From assembly GCA_002633005.1 (NCBI GenBank), contig NMRA01000051.1, forward strand, positions 809,273-873,272: a DNA stretch of 64,000 nucleotides, read 5' to 3'. Every line of letters starts with the position of its first letter. Within the stretch, counting starts at the first letter, position 1. Source of the stretch: Phoronis australis. Its lineage: Eukaryota > Animalia > Phoronida. Under the pieces are notes generated by a model. That model ran no database searches. It was not told where the DNA came from and was given only the letters and a program-made list of their open reading frames with translations. The translations under genes were made by a program, and so were the position numbers. Positions 28,084 to 40,648 of the stretch are shown one piece after another.

Positions 28084-28817
28084 ATAAATACACAAAACCT
28101 ACCGAGAGTGGCGTACATGAAGTAATATACCACGAGACATTATTACGCGTATCGACCGAGAATGAGGAATAATGTCGAGTGGGATATTACTTCATGTGCG
28201 CCAATCGAGGTACGTTTTGTTTTTATCCCATACGCTTCGAATTCCTAAGTTTCCTTCGTTTTTTCCGCAGATTTTTTAAATACTTCACTCAGATTGTTCA
28301 CGTGGCGGATTACATCCTATATGTATGCACTTGCGCGTTAGCCTGGCTCCAAGTTTTCTCTAGTAAAAGAAACAGTATTAAATGTGACGATTTATTACTT
28401 GAAAAGAGATAATAAAGATGAAAACAAGGGTAACTTTTCGTCTCCTGAAAATACTTAAATAACAACATTATTTGATACTGTAGTTACCGAGGAATCGGCA
28501 CCTGAGTTGCAGACGATAAAATATTTAGCAAATGAAAACTGAGACAGAAATGTCATATAATTAACAGTCTTGTTCCTGATGTTACGATTGAGACCTGATT
28601 GTATGTTGAGCGTTATTTACACTACTACAAATGTATTACTTTAAACTATTTTCCGAAAGTTTGGTGATCGAACCGGTTAACGATGTCGAGTCGACATTGA
28701 CCTACCTTTTGAACTTTCCATGTCAGAGGTCACTGTTGAAGTAGTGCGGGAGGTGAATACGGAAAACTTTATTACACGGCCGTATTTCCCTCGACAGATT
28801 CAACGCGTATGGGATAA
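28084..28817 (+). mobile_element. Hairpin-headed non-autonomous element, copy 1 (hairpin apex partly deleted)
   Basis: Highly similar to 40649-41410 over the full length. A 5' palindrome is followed by a body bounded by TTATCCCATACGC...GCGTATGGGATAA. Confidence 0.88.
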
Positions 28818-29226
28818 CTGCACGGAAATCAAACCCTTCAAAAAAAACTTAGGCACTGGAAGATTCGACTTTTTACTTTTCGCTTGACACACTGCCATTG
28901 GTATTTTTTATTCTACCGGTGAACTCATAAAAGCATTACTGGGCTCATTAGCTGGCATTCGGGTAACTATATGACGTCATTAGGTCAAAAACTAAGACTT
29001 GAAGGTGGCACACGATTTGATTCGTTGTTGTTAGAGGAAGGTAAAAAGAGGCGAAATATAACCGGTAAGACCGTTTGTGGTTTCATGAATGTATCAAGGG
29101 AATTCGATTTGGCTAGAACTAACATACTGAACAAGAATTTTCCTCCCATTCTTTTGGTTTATTTCCATTTCACCAATTGGTGAAAGGCCCTCCGGTAGAC
29201 CTTCAGCTCTGTTTAAGAGCCGAGTA
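28815..29226 (-). mobile_element. Interspersed repeat family B, copy 2
   Basis: Reverse complement of 15476-15892. It abuts the hairpin element and shares the TAA at 28815-28817. Confidence 0.8.
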
Positions 29227-30929
29227 TATGCTGTGTTTGCTGATGCGTTATTTATAAATAAATCGTTTATTATTAATAAACGTTTTAACTGGAAACAATC
29301 ATGTTTTTACAATTTGGCAAGCACTGTTCTTAGGTATCATTTCTATTACTCCATTTTGTGGCGCTTTCATGTTAACACACTCAAGGAGAGAGAACTCCTT
29401 TCCTATATGTTGCTGCAGTGCACGTGATGACAGCGGTGATATCAATGCTGATGATGAGTGGCGATCTGATGTGCCAAACGTCGTGCACTCTTTTGGGTTG
29501 TAAGTTTTAAGTACACATGCCCTCGAATATGCATGATCATGATTTATTTGTAATTCTAACGATTAACTAGGACATTTTTAGCTTCAATGTCAATGTTACT
29601 GGAGATGACTAATGACTGTAAGCTAATTGGAAACAGTTTTAGAGCTTCTGACGTCATATGTTAAGAAAAAGGTTTCATTCTGTTATTTGCAGCACGTGCC
29701 ACAACTTTAGCCTTTGCTCATTTCTTAAATTCTACTATTTCTTTTAATACTTAACGCCGCATTTCGCCCTGTTTAAAGTGGATGAAAAACGAAAATCGAA
29801 TTAGGATACTTCCACTGGCACAAAATCGGTATCACAGTACTCCTTACAGTGGTAAGATTCTAATTCCGTTTCCAACAAGATCATCAAAGCCATCAAAGAC
29901 TCAAGAACACTCTTAAGAGTTTACTGAGGTTGGCCAACTCTTGCATTGCGAATTCGAAAATGGCGCGTGTACGCATTGCCCGTGACTTTAGTTGGTAACA
30001 GAAATTGACTTCCTTTACGGTAAGGAATATTGCGAGACCTATTTTATGAAAATAAAAGGCCTCCCTCTAATTTGATTTTTGTTTTCAGCCAGCTAAACAA
30101 TGGCAAAACCTATCTTTAAATGAAAAGGCTACCGGATGAGTGACACCTGGCGAATTCGATAGAAAAAATGACGACAAAGATGGCGACTCCCATGAAACCA
30201 TAGTGATTTCCAAATCCACCCAAGTGACCATGACACTGCTTACGAAACTGACAACGACACTTGCGATGCATCCTACAGTACCGACACATCACCAACGATG
30301 ACGAGGGCGTCAACGACAACTGATAATAGGGAATGACGACGAAGATGATGATTATGGTGGTCTGCAACCAACGAAACTCCTTTAGGCAAATCTTAACAGA
30401 ATTTGCACGCAAGTGGACGAGAGAAAGCGTGCACTGTTTATCATTGTTAATAGTAGCCGTCTTTGAATTTTTAAAATCAATGCTTTGTAAGAGAAATTGG
30501 TGAATAGATTTTCTTTAGCATCGCAGCTAACCCACGAGCATTAATTTTTAATCGATTAGGGCGGGTAAGTCACAGTTCGCCAAGGCTTGCTTAGGCGTTG
30601 GGGTAACAAAATCCTAAATGTTTGCGTAGGAATTGTCTCATGTAGTCATCAGCAAATTTTGAATAACTCGAGTATGTTAAGCCTGGCGCACCAAAAACGT
30701 CCAGCACTCTTCAGTAGCCTTTGACGAGGTATAGCCACATGTCAATTTTCAAAACTATTCGTTGAAAAAAGACGGGGCTGAGAAAACTGTCACTACGGTG
30801 CCATTTTGTGTTTGAGTTCGACCAGAAACAGTAAAACTTGAGCTATTAACGAATTATGTGTTGTGTGTAAATCTCATAACAATTGAGTAAGGAATGCCGC
30901 CTGTATCGGAGAACAAAAACTTACAAGAG

Positions 30930-31294
30930 CACGGGTGAGAAACAACATGACCGCCGGTCCTCTTAAATCGGACCGCCTCACCCAAAACATAACCTCCGGG
31001 GATCAAATGGGACCGTCGCACCAGAAAATGGGACTGACGCACCTAAAAACATGACCGCCCAACCAGAAAACAGGACCGCCGGGGACTGAACATGACCGCC
31101 GGGGATTGAAACCGCATATTGTCCGGCGGTCATCTTCAGTCCCCGGCGGTCCTGTTTTCTGGTTGGGCGGTCATGTTTTTAGGTGCGTCAGTCTCATTTT
31201 CTGGTGCGACGGTCCCATTTGATCCCCGGAGGTCCTGTTTTGGGTGAGTCAGTCCGATTTAGAGGACCGGTGGTCATGTTGTTTCTCACCCATG
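30930..31294. mobile_element. Foldback (palindromic) DNA transposon with 5-bp TSD AAGAG and CAC/CAT termini, Transib-like
   Basis: ~170-bp near-perfect inverted arms with a ~20-bp spacer. The arms are built of ~20-bp subrepeats (aacatgaccgcc). AAGAG lies at 30925-30929 and 31295-31299. Confidence 0.85.
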
Positions 31295-32269
31295 AAGAGG
31301 GAGATGAAATGAAACTCAATGTTGCGAGTGGAATAAAAACTATTTTCAAGGAGTGGTTAAAATTCTATGCAATGAGTGCACATAAGTCAATCGATATATG
31401 TAGACTGAACACGAGCGTTGAGTTCGTAGATAGCGAAGTTAATGTTCACGCACTCCTGTGCGGGTTATGTCAAGCACAGGTATTGATTGAATTTTTAAAA
31501 AGAAAATTCTGCATTTCTTCTTCTTTTAATCTCTTATGTTGGAGTATCATGGCTAATATAAGAAAATGCTCGCTTAATTTTTTTCAGCGAAGAGTCTTTG
31601 AATTTAAGTTAAAAGGTTCACTTGCAAGTTTTTCACTTCTGAAATGAAACGAATATTGAAGAGTCACTGAGTGAAAGACACTATAGTTTAGTGCTAGTTT
31701 AATGTAATCATGATGTCTTTGACCTGGGATTCAATCTTATGTTTTATCCTAGCTTTGACTGAGCTGCATACTGTTCTCAAGCAGCGAAGAAAACGTTCTT
31801 TTATCGAAACAGTGTTTCGTGTTGGCTAAGATAATTGACAGGTTGAAAGGTTTTGAAACTTGACCCCTGTCTTTCTATGGATTGTGGAGAATGTCAGTAA
31901 GGGTGAAAAATGAGATTAGTCGAACGACTACAAAGATAAATCACTTTTAAATTACGTACGTTAGCTAAATGGATACTGTTATGTCAGTCGTAAAATATAT
32001 ATTCAAATTGATGAATTGTCCGTTAAATCAATATTTAATGTATCTTGTTCTAATTTGCACTAACCACGAATGGACGTTTTGAATGTTGTCGGTGTAATTT
32101 CAATCTGAACAATTTGCTCACGAAACAAGTGTTTTAGGTGCTGACCTAATAAAAACAAAAAATAAGTACGAAATATCTACCCGTTCCAGATATTAAAATC
32201 TAAGTGGATATGAACTCTCACTTGAAATCAGAAAGTACATTTCTTTCGACCTAATATGTTCATTTTCGC

Positions 32270-32770
32270 ATTAGGTCTATTTTGACCCATTTGGTGTCCA
32301 TTTTGTATCATTACGTCCGTTCTTCACCCATTATGTTAAAACGGGCTCCTTAACCAATATGTCCGTTTTTGACAAAATCAGTGGAGATGGGATCAGGTTA
32401 GCATTGGACTAAAATCCATTGGAGCATTGATCTAATGAAACCGGGCCTGGTTTCAGCACCTTTTCCTTTCACCATGGCGGAAAATCTGCATTACGATGTT
32501 AAACTAAGTCTAACATTTGACCAGAGGAAAACGGATCGTGATTCCTGGCAGATTATCGCTTTTTTGACCATTATAGGCCTATTTGACCCATTATGGCTCC
32601 ATGACACATACACTGTAATGGCTATTTTGTCCCGTGATGACCAGTTTGCCTCATTATCTCTACTTTCACCTATTATTTCCGTTTGATCCATTATGTCCAC
32701 TTGACCTTTTTACAAGTTAACCCATTCTCTCCATTTTGGCTCACCGTGCCTGTTTTGTCCCATCATGCTT
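32270..32770. repeat. Highly degenerate ~19-bp minisatellite (tttgacccattatgtcc-like)
   Basis: Repeated variants tttgacccattt, ttcacccattatg, tttgaccattatag, tttgacccattatg, tttgatccattatgtcc, tttgtcccatcatg. Confidence 0.55.
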
Positions 32771-34486
32771 TCGGTGTGAAGAAAGACTGAAGACCGGTTC
32801 GAGTTAGATTTCCGTCTGAAATTTGCAGTGAACCAGCCTTTCGTCAAAGGAATTGTCACTTTTGATTTAGAGTGCTTCAGTGACGTTATAAAACTAGTTT
32901 CGCCAGTTCGTCGATTGCACGAGGCTACGCCAGACACATGAAATGACAAGCCAGACTGTTGAGCCTGGTCCTAAACCTTGAAATCACCTGCAATAAAACA
33001 CCACCTGAGATTGGTCTTATATCGATAAGTGCTCTAATTACTACATTTTTTGGAATTTCGATTTACTGATCTTGCTTGAATGTACCAGAATTGTAAAGGT
33101 GAAATGTTGTCCAACAGATGTCGATGATCGACTTGGGAATAGTCCATTTCTAAAATCGGAAATTTGCAACGAAGTGCAAATGCTGAATAGTGGGATACAT
33201 AAATATTTAACTAAATAATGAACTATTTGTAAATATTAAGAATTTACAATAAATTTACAGCTCATATATGATAACATAGGTGATTTGAATCTTTGCATGC
33301 GCATACGAACTAGTTAGTGGTCCCTGAACTATAAGAAATCGTTTCGTGCGTACTTTCACCTGGCAATATACTTTTTTCTTGGGAGACTCATTAAAGTTTT
33401 TTAAATTCATTATTTAAAAACTTCTCACTTTTAAGTTGCAGATTTTCGTGGTTAAACTATCTCATATGTTGGCCAGTAGATCGCGCTGTAAACAGCAACA
33501 AAACCGAAACAGAGAAATGTAGTTCTGATACCTGCGGTAGATGCAGATTGTACACCTACCGCGGGTACATTATCAGGATGTTCCCAAGTAACGTAATATT
33601 TTTGTTGTTAGATACGTTTTCTGCAGGGGGTACGATAGGTATGAGACCAACACTGTAGCCTTTGTATGCTATAGGCAAAGCTAGGCATGTTTCAAATCCA
33701 AAATCGTTTTTGATTAAATTATAAGTTTAGGACTGTCCAGCTTAATGTTGTCCCACTCCTATAAATAACAGTCTTTGAACCTCTGTTCAAGATTTATCAA
33801 AAACAATTCCTCAGTCACCACACCAGACCAAAACCATCGCCACATAATAACAAGTTATAATCTAACAGAGGCACCTCAAGTCTGCCTTCACGCACAATTC
33901 AGGTCAAACAACGTGTCATAAACAGCTCTACAACACCTTGTTCTTACCATCTTTATAAATTTAAGCCAGTATAACCTCAAAAAGTTTCACAAGAAAGCTA
34001 CAAAATATCTGTGCACACTAGCTGAGCCCAATGTGCGAGGAAACAGATCAATTTTGAAATGTCTAATGTGAAGATTTTTCTCCACGGACTTATTATGTGG
34101 AACACTTACACGCTGTTTTCACCATCTAAGCTCGCAATTAAGCAAATGCATATAATATTTTCAAGCCCAATTCTGTGCGAAGTCCGCGTTGTCGCGTAGT
34201 CAGATCAAAGTATTTAACACAAGGGTCTACCAGCGGGATGAAAAAGCGATGCAACCGACCGCGGGAAAGTGAAAAGAGCCACAGCGTGCTCAAATACTGC
34301 GTTGTCGCAACCACCACAAACGCAACACCTCGCCTTTCTTTATACCAAAGACCACTGGGAGAACGAGCAACAATACTTGACGACATCTCACATTAAAAAC
34401 AATGGAGGATGACTATGTCCCGATTCTACGTAGTATGTATTGACCAATAAATTCTAATTTGAGAGCTGATCGACTGGTGCAATGTT

Positions 34487-34820
34487 GAGAGAGAGAGGGG
34501 GGGAGGGAGGGAGGGAGGGAGAGANNNNNNNNNNNNNNNNNNNNNNNNNNNNNNNNNNNNNNNNNNNNNNNNNNNNNNNNNNNNNNNNNNNNNNNNNNNN
34601 NNNNNNNNNNNNNNNNNNNNNNNNNNNNNNNNNNNNNNNNNNNNNNNNNNNNNNNNNNNNNNNNNNNNNNNNNNNNNNNNNNNNNNNNNNNNNNNNNNNN
34701 NNNNNNNNNNNNNNNNNNNNNNNNNNNNNNNNNNNNNNNNNNNNNNNNNNNNNNNNNNNNNNNNNNNNNNNNNNNNNNNNNNNNNNNNNNNNNNNNNNNN
34801 NNNNNNNNNNNNNNNNNNNN

Positions 34821-34860
<40 letters not shown>
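34487..34860. repeat. (GA)n microsatellite spanning an assembly gap
   Basis: GA/GGGA tracts on both sides of the N run. Confidence 0.85.
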
Positions 34861-34866
<6 letters not shown>

Positions 34867-35150
34867 TATTTGTACTTGGAGCTAAGCTCATTTGTACAAA
34901 TTACATTGCAGTAATGGTATAGATGGCAATTTCATGACAATACATATTTACACATTTACAATGTTAGAGTTTCCTGTCCATTATCATAAGCTTTTAATGA
35001 AATAATTATAGTCTTTTCAAAAGATTGCAGACTTTGTTTTGAATAGGTATTTGGCGTTTTCGTTGTGACATTGTCCGTAGGGATTACCTAACAACATAAC
35101 TGTAGTTTCTTACACCATGTCCTCGTGGTCCTATCCACCTTTGTGAAATC
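34861..35150 (-). mobile_element. Possible LINE 3' end with AATAAA and (TC)n tail
   Basis: Minus strand reads MLLGNP...NENAKYLFK, resembling a CR1-type C-terminus, and ends aataaacagt(ct)n. Confidence 0.35.
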
Positions 35151-35397
35151 TGCTGTTTTTCCATAAACGGACATTACGTTTCAGGGAACTCCTCTTCATT
35201 ACTCCCGTTTCAACAAAATGAGAAAGAATTGACAAAAGGGGTTAAAACAGACATGAGTCATGAGTCAAAATGGATGTAATTTGTTAGAAAACACTGTCTA
35301 TGGGCGCATTTTTAGAAAATCTTTAATTACTCCTCAAGCTTATCCGTCTACGAGGGTGCATTTTCCCGCCGACATTTGCCTCCCTGCCAGCAAAACG

Positions 35398-35566
35398 TAA
35401 TCATCATCATCGTCACCTTCAACGTCGTCGTCGTCATCGTCAATGTCATCATCATTATCGTTATCGTGATTGTATCGTAATTGTTATCATAATAATGATC
35501 TTCATCGTCATCACGACTAACATTATCATAGCAATGGGCCACCTCATCACCGTCATCATGATCACC
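35398..35566. repeat. Degenerate (CAT/CGT)n microsatellite
   Basis: Direct reading of the sequence. Confidence 0.8.
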
Positions 35567-35569
35567 ACT

Positions 35570-37063
35570 TAGCCTTGGCGAAAAGCTGTACATGTATACT
35601 AGATATACAGTTTGCACCGGTGTGGGTAAAAATGACCACATAAAATCTGATACAAAATTAGTGTCATTAAAAACTACACTCTTCCTTGATTAAACTAAAT
35701 TATTTAACGGTGTTGGAAAAAATGGCGTTCTACAGTTATTATGTTGTTAAAGTTGTGCAGAAATCTTTTGCGTCGGCTTTCGGCGCCATGAAATATTGCG
35801 TCACCTATTGACCAGATTCTTTTTTCGCCGATTCTTCAATCAACTGTTCTTCTTCCACTAGGTTGCGTAGATGTCACAACAATTTATCGGAACTGGTTTC
35901 ATTTAGTTACAAGTTTTTTGTATTTTAATACCAGTACACCGAATTTCAGAATCAATTTTGCTGCTGCGAAGCTGCCATTATCTTCCGAGAGATGTCGCAA
36001 TTTTTTTAGGAAATGGCGCGTGCGCGTTACACGAGCGTACTGTTTTCAAAAACGACGAAATATTTTTCATTGTTACAAAACGCGAAGAATTACGCAAGAA
36101 AATGACGTTTATTAGCTTGTTTTTCACTTAAACGGCTGTAACGGGCAAGGTGAGTGTCGGTTGATTCACAGACTTTGCATGCACCCCGTCCGGTCTTTAG
36201 CTCTACATGATACAAGTTTCACGGCGAGGTGTCGAGCAGAACTACCCTGGTTGTTAGCCTTGCTACAAAGCTGTATACGTAAATATACAGCTTTGCACCT
36301 GTGTGAGTAAAAAAGTGGTAAGATAAAATCTGACACAAAATTGGTGTCATTCAAAACTACAATCTTCCTTGAGTAAACTAAATTATTTGACGATGTTGGA
36401 AAAAATGGCGTTCTACCGTTATTCTGCTGCTTTCGGCGCCATGAAATATTGCGTCACCTGATTGGCCAGTTTATTTTTTCGCCGATTCTTCAATCAACTG
36501 TTCTTCTTTCACGAGGTTGCGTACACGTCACAACAAATTATCGGAACTGGTTTCACTTCATTATAAGTTTTAGAATTTTGATACCGAAAAACAGAATTTC
36601 AGAAGAAATTTGCTGCTGCCAAGCTATCATCCGATCTCCCGAGAGATGTCGCAAAAATTTAGGGAATGGCGCGTGCGTGTGACACGAGCGTATTGTTTTC
36701 AAAACGACGACATACTTTTCATTATTAGAAAAGGCGGAGAGTTACACAAGAAAATGACGTTTATTGCATTGTTTTTCACTTAAACAGCTGTAACGGGCAA
36801 GGTGAGTGTCGGTTGATTCCCAGATTTTGCATGCACCCCGTCCGGTCTTTAGCTTTACATGTTGATACAACTTTCACGGCGCGGTGACGAGCAGAACTAC
36901 CCTGGCTGTGTGCAATTTCGGGGTCTACGGAAGAAATACACACAGTGGTACCTAGCTGTATTTTGACGACAGTCTTCATGCAGCTAGCTGGCTGGCTACC
37001 TGGCTGTGTGCAATTTCGGGGTCTGTCAGCGCTGCGCTGAACATACAGCTACCTGGCTGGCTA
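35570..37063 (+). mobile_element. Tandem pair of ~680-bp units with TAGCC...GGCTA termini (Academ-like non-autonomous element)
   Basis: 35570-36253 aligns with 36255-36908 along its length. Units start tagccttg..acaaagctgtatac and the array ends catacagctacctggctggcta. A third, deleted start lies at 37251. Confidence 0.7.
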
Positions 37064-37065
37064 CA

Positions 37066-37243
37066 GCATCACTACCACTACCATCAGCATCAACATCATC
37101 ACCACCACCTTCATCATCATCATCATCATCATCACTATCACCATCATCATCACCACCACTATCATCGTCATTATCGCAATTATCACCATAATCATTTTCA
37201 CTGCCATCGACGGTTGTAGTTATCGTCATTGTCATGATCATCA
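37066..37243. repeat. (CAT)n microsatellite
   Basis: Direct reading of the sequence. Confidence 0.9.
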
Positions 37244-38461
37244 GTGCCTTTAGCCTTGGTACAAAGCTGTATACTAAATATACAGCTGTATTTTGACGAC
37301 AGTCTTCATACAGCTAGCTGGTTGGCTAAGTGGTACCTAGCTGTATTTTGACGACAGTCTTCATGCTGCTAGCTATAGTGCCTTCTAAATATCATTTTCT
37401 GTCATCGTTTTCGCACNCATCGCCGCCGTCGTCATCATAATGGCTCGGTTACTAATTACGTTTTCCATGTGCTAAATGGCTGCAATAATATCAGAAAATT
37501 CCTTTTCCGTACAAGAAACTATAGGAAAGCCGTGAATACGAACAGGAAATGACGTACGTCATGAGATCACTGTGCTAGCAAAGTGCTCATTTCCATTCTG
37601 TAGTGTTTTTCGCACTCCACGACACAGACTGCATGCCATTTGAAAATGAGCTTAATGTGAGGCAGTCGTTTCATTAAAGCGTTTTCAATATTCAGAACCA
37701 GCTTCACGCCTAGTGCAACAGACATGCCATTGATTACGAGGTAAGATTTGGAAGGTTCTATTTTCAACAGTGGTTTGTTTGATCCCTTCATGATTGAGTG
37801 GCAGACACAACAAATATTTGTAAACTGCAAACCAGAGTACACTTACAACCGTGGAAATGAGCAGAATCAACAATAGGAAACTATCAACACTAGATACATT
37901 AATACAACCGTGTTACAAAGTTTGTCTTTTATTGACTTGGCCTCGTGTTTTTCTCGATTGAGTATTCGAATTCATACGGGGCTTATTTCTTGGATTTGAT
38001 GATAATTTGAAATTTTCCGCTAAATAAGGGCCTGTTAATGTCCTTAAAGCGAATCCATTAGCACGAAATTTCACTCCTAAAAAGATACGGTAATGAAGAA
38101 TGCGCGTAGTTTGCTATCTCAGTACAGCTCTCACGGTCTTCCTGAATCAATAAATTCTAATTTCCTTACCTATTTTAGTAACACACACGTGACTTTTAAC
38201 AAAATAAATTAACGGTGCATTTGATTCCTTCAAATGGAAATTTTAAAGTTCTCTGAAAACACGTAAAATAAAAATACATGCTTTGTTTATCACGTAGAAA
38301 ATGGCTTATAGCGAACTTTATTTGCATAGATTAAGCTATAAAGAAAAGATACTTAATATCACAAACCACGCATTTTAATGCAATAATGTAGAAAATATAT
38401 CTGAAACTAAATAAGGCGATCCAGATCCTCCCAAGGATACTATTGTTTCATGAAATGAAGA

Positions 38462-38773
38462 ATATAAATCGGTAAATAAAACAACAAGAATGGATCAACT
38501 GAAATTTGAAATTTTCGGATGTAACAACTTCCTTTATCAACAAAAACAGAAATAAAGTAAAACATGGATTGAACATAAAAACTTCTTAAAATATGTCATT
38601 GAATTTTTTACGCAAAAATGTATCATTTTCATTACACCATATCTTATATGTCAATTGTCATTTTGTGTTTGATTTTACTTTATTTCTGTTTTTGTTGATA
38701 AAGGAAGTTGTTACATCCGAAAATTTCAAATTTCAGTTGATCCATTCTTGTTGTTTTATTTACCGATTTATAT
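38462..38773. repeat. Perfect ~101-bp inverted repeat with 110-bp spacer
   Basis: 38462-38562 is the reverse complement of 38673-38773. Confidence 0.92.
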
Positions 38774-39318
38774 AATGCAATAATGAAAGTTTGTAAAACT
38801 ACACCTCGCTCACACACTTCCAATTAGTACTCAGTTGCGTGACGCACAACCTGGAATTGGATGTTGTTCTTCATTCAAATCATGCTCTAGTATCTTCTTA
38901 CTGATGACTTTTCTTCACAGTCATGATTGACACTGTTAATCAGAACTTGCTTCATCTAATACAGCAAAACCACAACATATGTACATGCTGGCACGAATGA
39001 ATGCCTTAACCGTGTTTCAGTCACGTTCTGTATCTTCACGTGTGCCTAATTCTTTAGTAAGTTGGTCCAGCTCACGAGTATCGTCCTTCCTCCCTTTTAG
39101 CTTTTACCGACATAAGAGAGACAAACTTAAAATGTGTGCGTGTACCCTTTGCCTTTTTCCATGAGATTCTACTAATCCCGTGTTGTTGAGTATTTTCGTT
39201 AGGGAATTAGGTAACAAGACACAACACTGATGACGGAAACATTGAGGATTTTCAGATAAACGGCTGATCATCAAAAAGAGAAACAGGCTACGCCGAGAAG
39301 ATTACAAAGAAATGACAA

Positions 39319-39426
39319 ATGGTGATGACGATAACAATGATGGAAAAAGATGTTGATGATGGTGATGACGATGATGTTGTTGTTGATTTTGGCAAAGGTA
39401 TTAATGATGTACTTTTTGTGGTGCTA

Positions 39427-39463
<37 letters not shown>

Positions 39464-39515
39464 CGACGACGACGAAGATGATGATGATGATGTTGAGATG
39501 ATGATGATAATGATA
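39319..39515. repeat. (GAT)n microsatellite
   Basis: Direct reading of the sequence. Confidence 0.9.
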
Positions 39516-40648
39516 AGTATAATAACTATGCTTCTAAACGCCCTCTATTTTCTTTACTAGTAATGTACATGTATCATTTCTTATCAACGTGCGGATGTAT
39601 CGGTGAAGAATAATTGTTCGCTTTTTCCGGTAACTTTGTTACCATAACGTGACCTTCAGTCATGAATAACCGCCAGACTACAAATGCTACAAAAAGTGAA
39701 CTGTCTTTTCAATTATTCCAAATTAGCTCTCGATCTCACGAGATTTCCATTTCTGTCAGTACTACAATAGATTAATTCAGGATAAATTGGCTAGTATCCT
39801 TGAATAAACTGTTGACCTGAAGGGATCACGGCTTGTCGCTTTGATGTAGATAACGACAGAAATTTTAAATAAGACGGCTTCTGCTACGACCACGCATTCA
39901 TTCAAAGGTTTCTTCAAGCTTGAGGTTGTGGAAAACGCTTCCTGGAGAAAGAAAATATATAACCGGGAATACACGAAATCGGTATGTAACAACTGTGAAG
40001 AGGCTAAAAATAGCAAAATTGATCCGGAGATGCAGTATTTTTTATTTGTACATATTTTCAAGAAAGTTCTTTTTAAAAAGCGAGGGCAAATTTCAAAATA
40101 AACCAATTCCTGATAAAGTTTGCAGTCGCCTCTTATGAAACGAATCCCAAGCATCAAAACATACCTATCCAATAATGGTGGATAGTGAAAACTACATGTA
40201 CACTTCGCTCTGTCTGCGTTAAACGGGTATTCAGTGGTATAGTAATGTGCATTGTTACACACTACATTGTATATTAATACTTCTGACCTCTGAATGGCCA
40301 CACGGCCTTGAACAAAGAGAGTAAATGGAACAGTACATCGAAGCTTGCGAAATTTTAGAAACTTAACAAGAGACGAAAAAAACATAACAAAGAAGCAGTA
40401 GTGGTCGTGTAATTAAGACAATTTTAAAGCGCCACCTCAGGCATGTCAAGACACAAACTTCGGGAAATCAATGCAACCGTTGCATCACATTGGAATTTGA
40501 TTTCCAGTGTCTCAGACTATTCTGAGGATACCGACTAAAATTTTCCAATAGTATTGTCAGATATTTTTCTTAAATGTTGATTATGAAATGTTCAATACAA
40601 TAAATATACATAACCAGAAAGCGCCAAAAGGCATTGTATGTGGGTTAA

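Noticed and set aside
30854-31647. Two ORFs with identical N-termini (MRQSHFLVRRSHLIPGG) on opposite strands
   Set aside because: A consequence of the palindromic foldback element, not a gene pair.
33780-34130. Possible degenerate LINE ORF2 3' fragment
   Set aside because: Only faint motif resemblance, and a consistent frame could not be reconstructed.
39777-40385. 202-aa minus-strand ORF
   Set aside because: No recognisable motif, composition typical of random AT-rich sequence, and no convincing splice context.
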